From assembly GCF_032444005.1 (NCBI RefSeq), contig NC_091287.1:42470001-42534000 (forward strand): DNA of 64,000 nt. The letters are read 5' to 3'. The notes under the pieces are model-generated. The model was not told the origin of the DNA, searched no databases, and was given only the letters and a program-made list of their open reading frames with translations. Below are positions 62,144 to 64,000 of this stretch, in pieces. Position 1 is the first letter of the stretch. The number at the start of each line of letters is the position of its first letter. This DNA comes from Ranitomeya imitator (taxonomy: Eukaryota). The translations under genes and the position numbers were made by a program.

Positions 62144-63430
62144 TACTTCTCAAAAATAATAAAGGGAACACTTAAACAACAGAATGTAACTCCAAATAAA
62201 TCGAACTTCTGTGAAATCAAACTGTCCACTTAGGAAGCAACACTGATTGACAATGAATTTCACATGCTGTTGTGCAAATGGAATAGACAATAGATGGAAA
62301 TTATTGACAATTATCAAGACACCCTCAATAAAGGAGTGGTTCTGCAGGTGGGGACCACAGACCACATCTCAGTACCAATGCTTTCTGGCTGATGTTTTGG
62401 TCACTTTTTAATGTTGGTTGTGCTTTCACACTCGTGGTAGCATGAGACGGACTTTACAACCCACACAAATGGCTCAGGCAGTGCAGCTCATCCAGGATGG
62501 CACAATAATGCGAGCTGTGGCAAGAAGGTTTGCTGTGTCTGTCAGCGTAGTGTCCAGAGGCTGGAGGCGCTACCAGGAGACAGGCCAGTACACCAGGAGA
62601 TGTGGAGGGGGTCATAGGAGGGCCACAACCCAGCAGCAAGACCGCTACCTCAGCCTTTGTTCAATAATAATAATAATTTTTATTTATATAGCGCCAACAT
62701 ATTCCGCAGCACTTTACAATTAAGCGGTAGGCGGAGGAGTTCAAGGAGGAGAAGGAGTTCATTAAGCGGGTTCAAGGAGGAGCACTGCCAGAGCCCTGCA
62801 AAATGACCTCCAGCAGGCCACAAATGTGCATGTGTCTGCACAAACTTTAAGAAACCGACTCCATGAGGATGATCTGAGTGCCGACGTCCATAGATGGGGG
62901 TTGTACTCACAGCCCAACACCGTGCAGGACGATTGGAATTTGGCACAGAACACCAGGATTGGCAAATTCGCCACTGGCTCCTTGTGCTCTTCACAGATGA
63001 AAGCAGGTTCACACTGAGCACGTGTGACAGACGTGACAGAGTCTGGAGACGCCATGGAGAGGGATCTGCTGCCTGCAACATTGTTCAGCATGACCGGTTT
63101 GGCAGTGGGTCAGTAATAGTGTGGGGTGGCATTTCTTTGGAGGGCCGCACAGCCCTGCATGTGCTCGCCAGAGGTAACCTGACTGCCATTAGGTACCGAG
63201 ATGAGATCCTCAGACCCCTTGTGAGACCATATGCTGGTGAAGTTCGACCTGGGTTCCTCCTAATGCAGGACAATGCCAGACCTCATGTGGCTGGAGTGTG
63301 TCAGCAGTTCCTGCAAGATGAAGGCATTGAAGCTATAGACTGGCCTGCCCATTCCCCAGACCTGAATCCGATTGAACACATCTGGGACATCATGTCTCGC
63401 TCCATCCACCAATGTCATGTTGCACCACAG
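62144..63430 (+). mobile_element. Tc1-family DD34E transposon, 3'-truncated pseudogene, with an L2 tail inserted at ~62661-62722
   Basis: Left end ...CTCAAAAATAATAAAGGGAACACTTAAAC. Paired-like HTH in ORF 62418..62723. ORF 62894.. contains LFTDESRF, MQDNARPH and SPDLNPIEH with 34 residues between D and E. Confidence 0.9.
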
Positions 63431-64000
63431 GGGGGGGACCCAAGCAACAAGTACACTTGCTCATCACTATTGAAGATCTCAGTGGTAGACCCCCCAGTGA
63501 TCAGTCATTTATCACCTATTCTGCAGATAACTGATACATGTCTTTTGTGGGGAAACCCTTCTAGTGTTCCTGATTACTTAAATGAGATTGTCCTGTTGAT
63601 TGCTCCAAACACAGTTCAATTTGTGCGCAGTATAGTGAAAATCAGGAGGAGCTGAGAGGGGCCCCAAGTGCTGGCAGTCATGTAATATAACAAAGCCATC
63701 TCGTACTCATCCTCTCCTATTTCAGTGCCAACTCTCCGTTGTTGCTCCAACCTTTTGTTTTTTGGTTGCAGCGGTGACATCACTTCAACAGAATACATCA
63801 CCGCTACAGCCAATCACTAAACTCAGTGGCCGGTGCCCTCTATATTGGCGTGGTTGCTCAGACAAGTCGGCAGGGGAGATGGATTACCCTCAGCATCTGG
63901 GGTCCACTTTGCTCTAAGTAAAAACCCTTTAAATAGGACCAACTACTGGATTCCCAAGCGTAGAAGAAGCATGGATTTTAAATGCAATGAAAGTAATAAT

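Noticed and set aside
62894-63655. 253-aa ORF as an active transposase
   Set aside because: The N-terminal HTH is separated by an insertion and frameshift/stop. Homology ends at ~63430, the tail is unrelated sequence, and there is no right TIR.
58461-64000. SPAG6 exon 2 (expected VFEQYQKARTQFVQ-like)
   Set aside because: No AG-bounded match was found by eye, so it probably lies beyond the window.

Overview
This is vertebrate genomic DNA, and the repeat content and protein similarity point to an anuran amphibian (frog). It contains the conserved cluster COMMD3 - BMI1 - SPAG6, all on the + strand. COMMD3 is complete (8 coding exons, 17106-27956, 197 aa). BMI1/PCGF4 is complete (non-coding exon 1 in a CpG island at ~31.8-32.36 kb; 9 coding exons, 36436-39273, 326 aa; 3'UTR to ~40.9 kb). 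Only the first coding exon of SPAG6 is present (58436-58460), with an RFX/CRE promoter. The first 15 kb is a transposon pile: the 5' part of a chromoviral Ty3/Gypsy element (-), Tc1 fragments, and a three-tier nest (Tc1 > solo LTR > full-length chromodomain Gypsy). Introns and intergenic DNA carry many PIF/Harbinger-type MITEs (some stacked at one TAA), L2 tails, a V-SINE, a piggyBac-like element, Penelope-type hammerhead-ribozyme motifs and a ~110-bp hairpin satellite upstream of SPAG6. There are three N gaps with apparently low-quality flanks. The best leads are (1) tRNA-independent self-priming geometry with co-varying sequence in two different Gypsy families, (2) hammerhead motifs including a U3-A8 core variant, (3) a consensus RFX X-box inside BMI1 intron 1, and (4) the hairpin satellite. 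No prokaryotic-type system (CRISPR etc.) is present. Comparisons to human sequence are from memory and need alignment checks.
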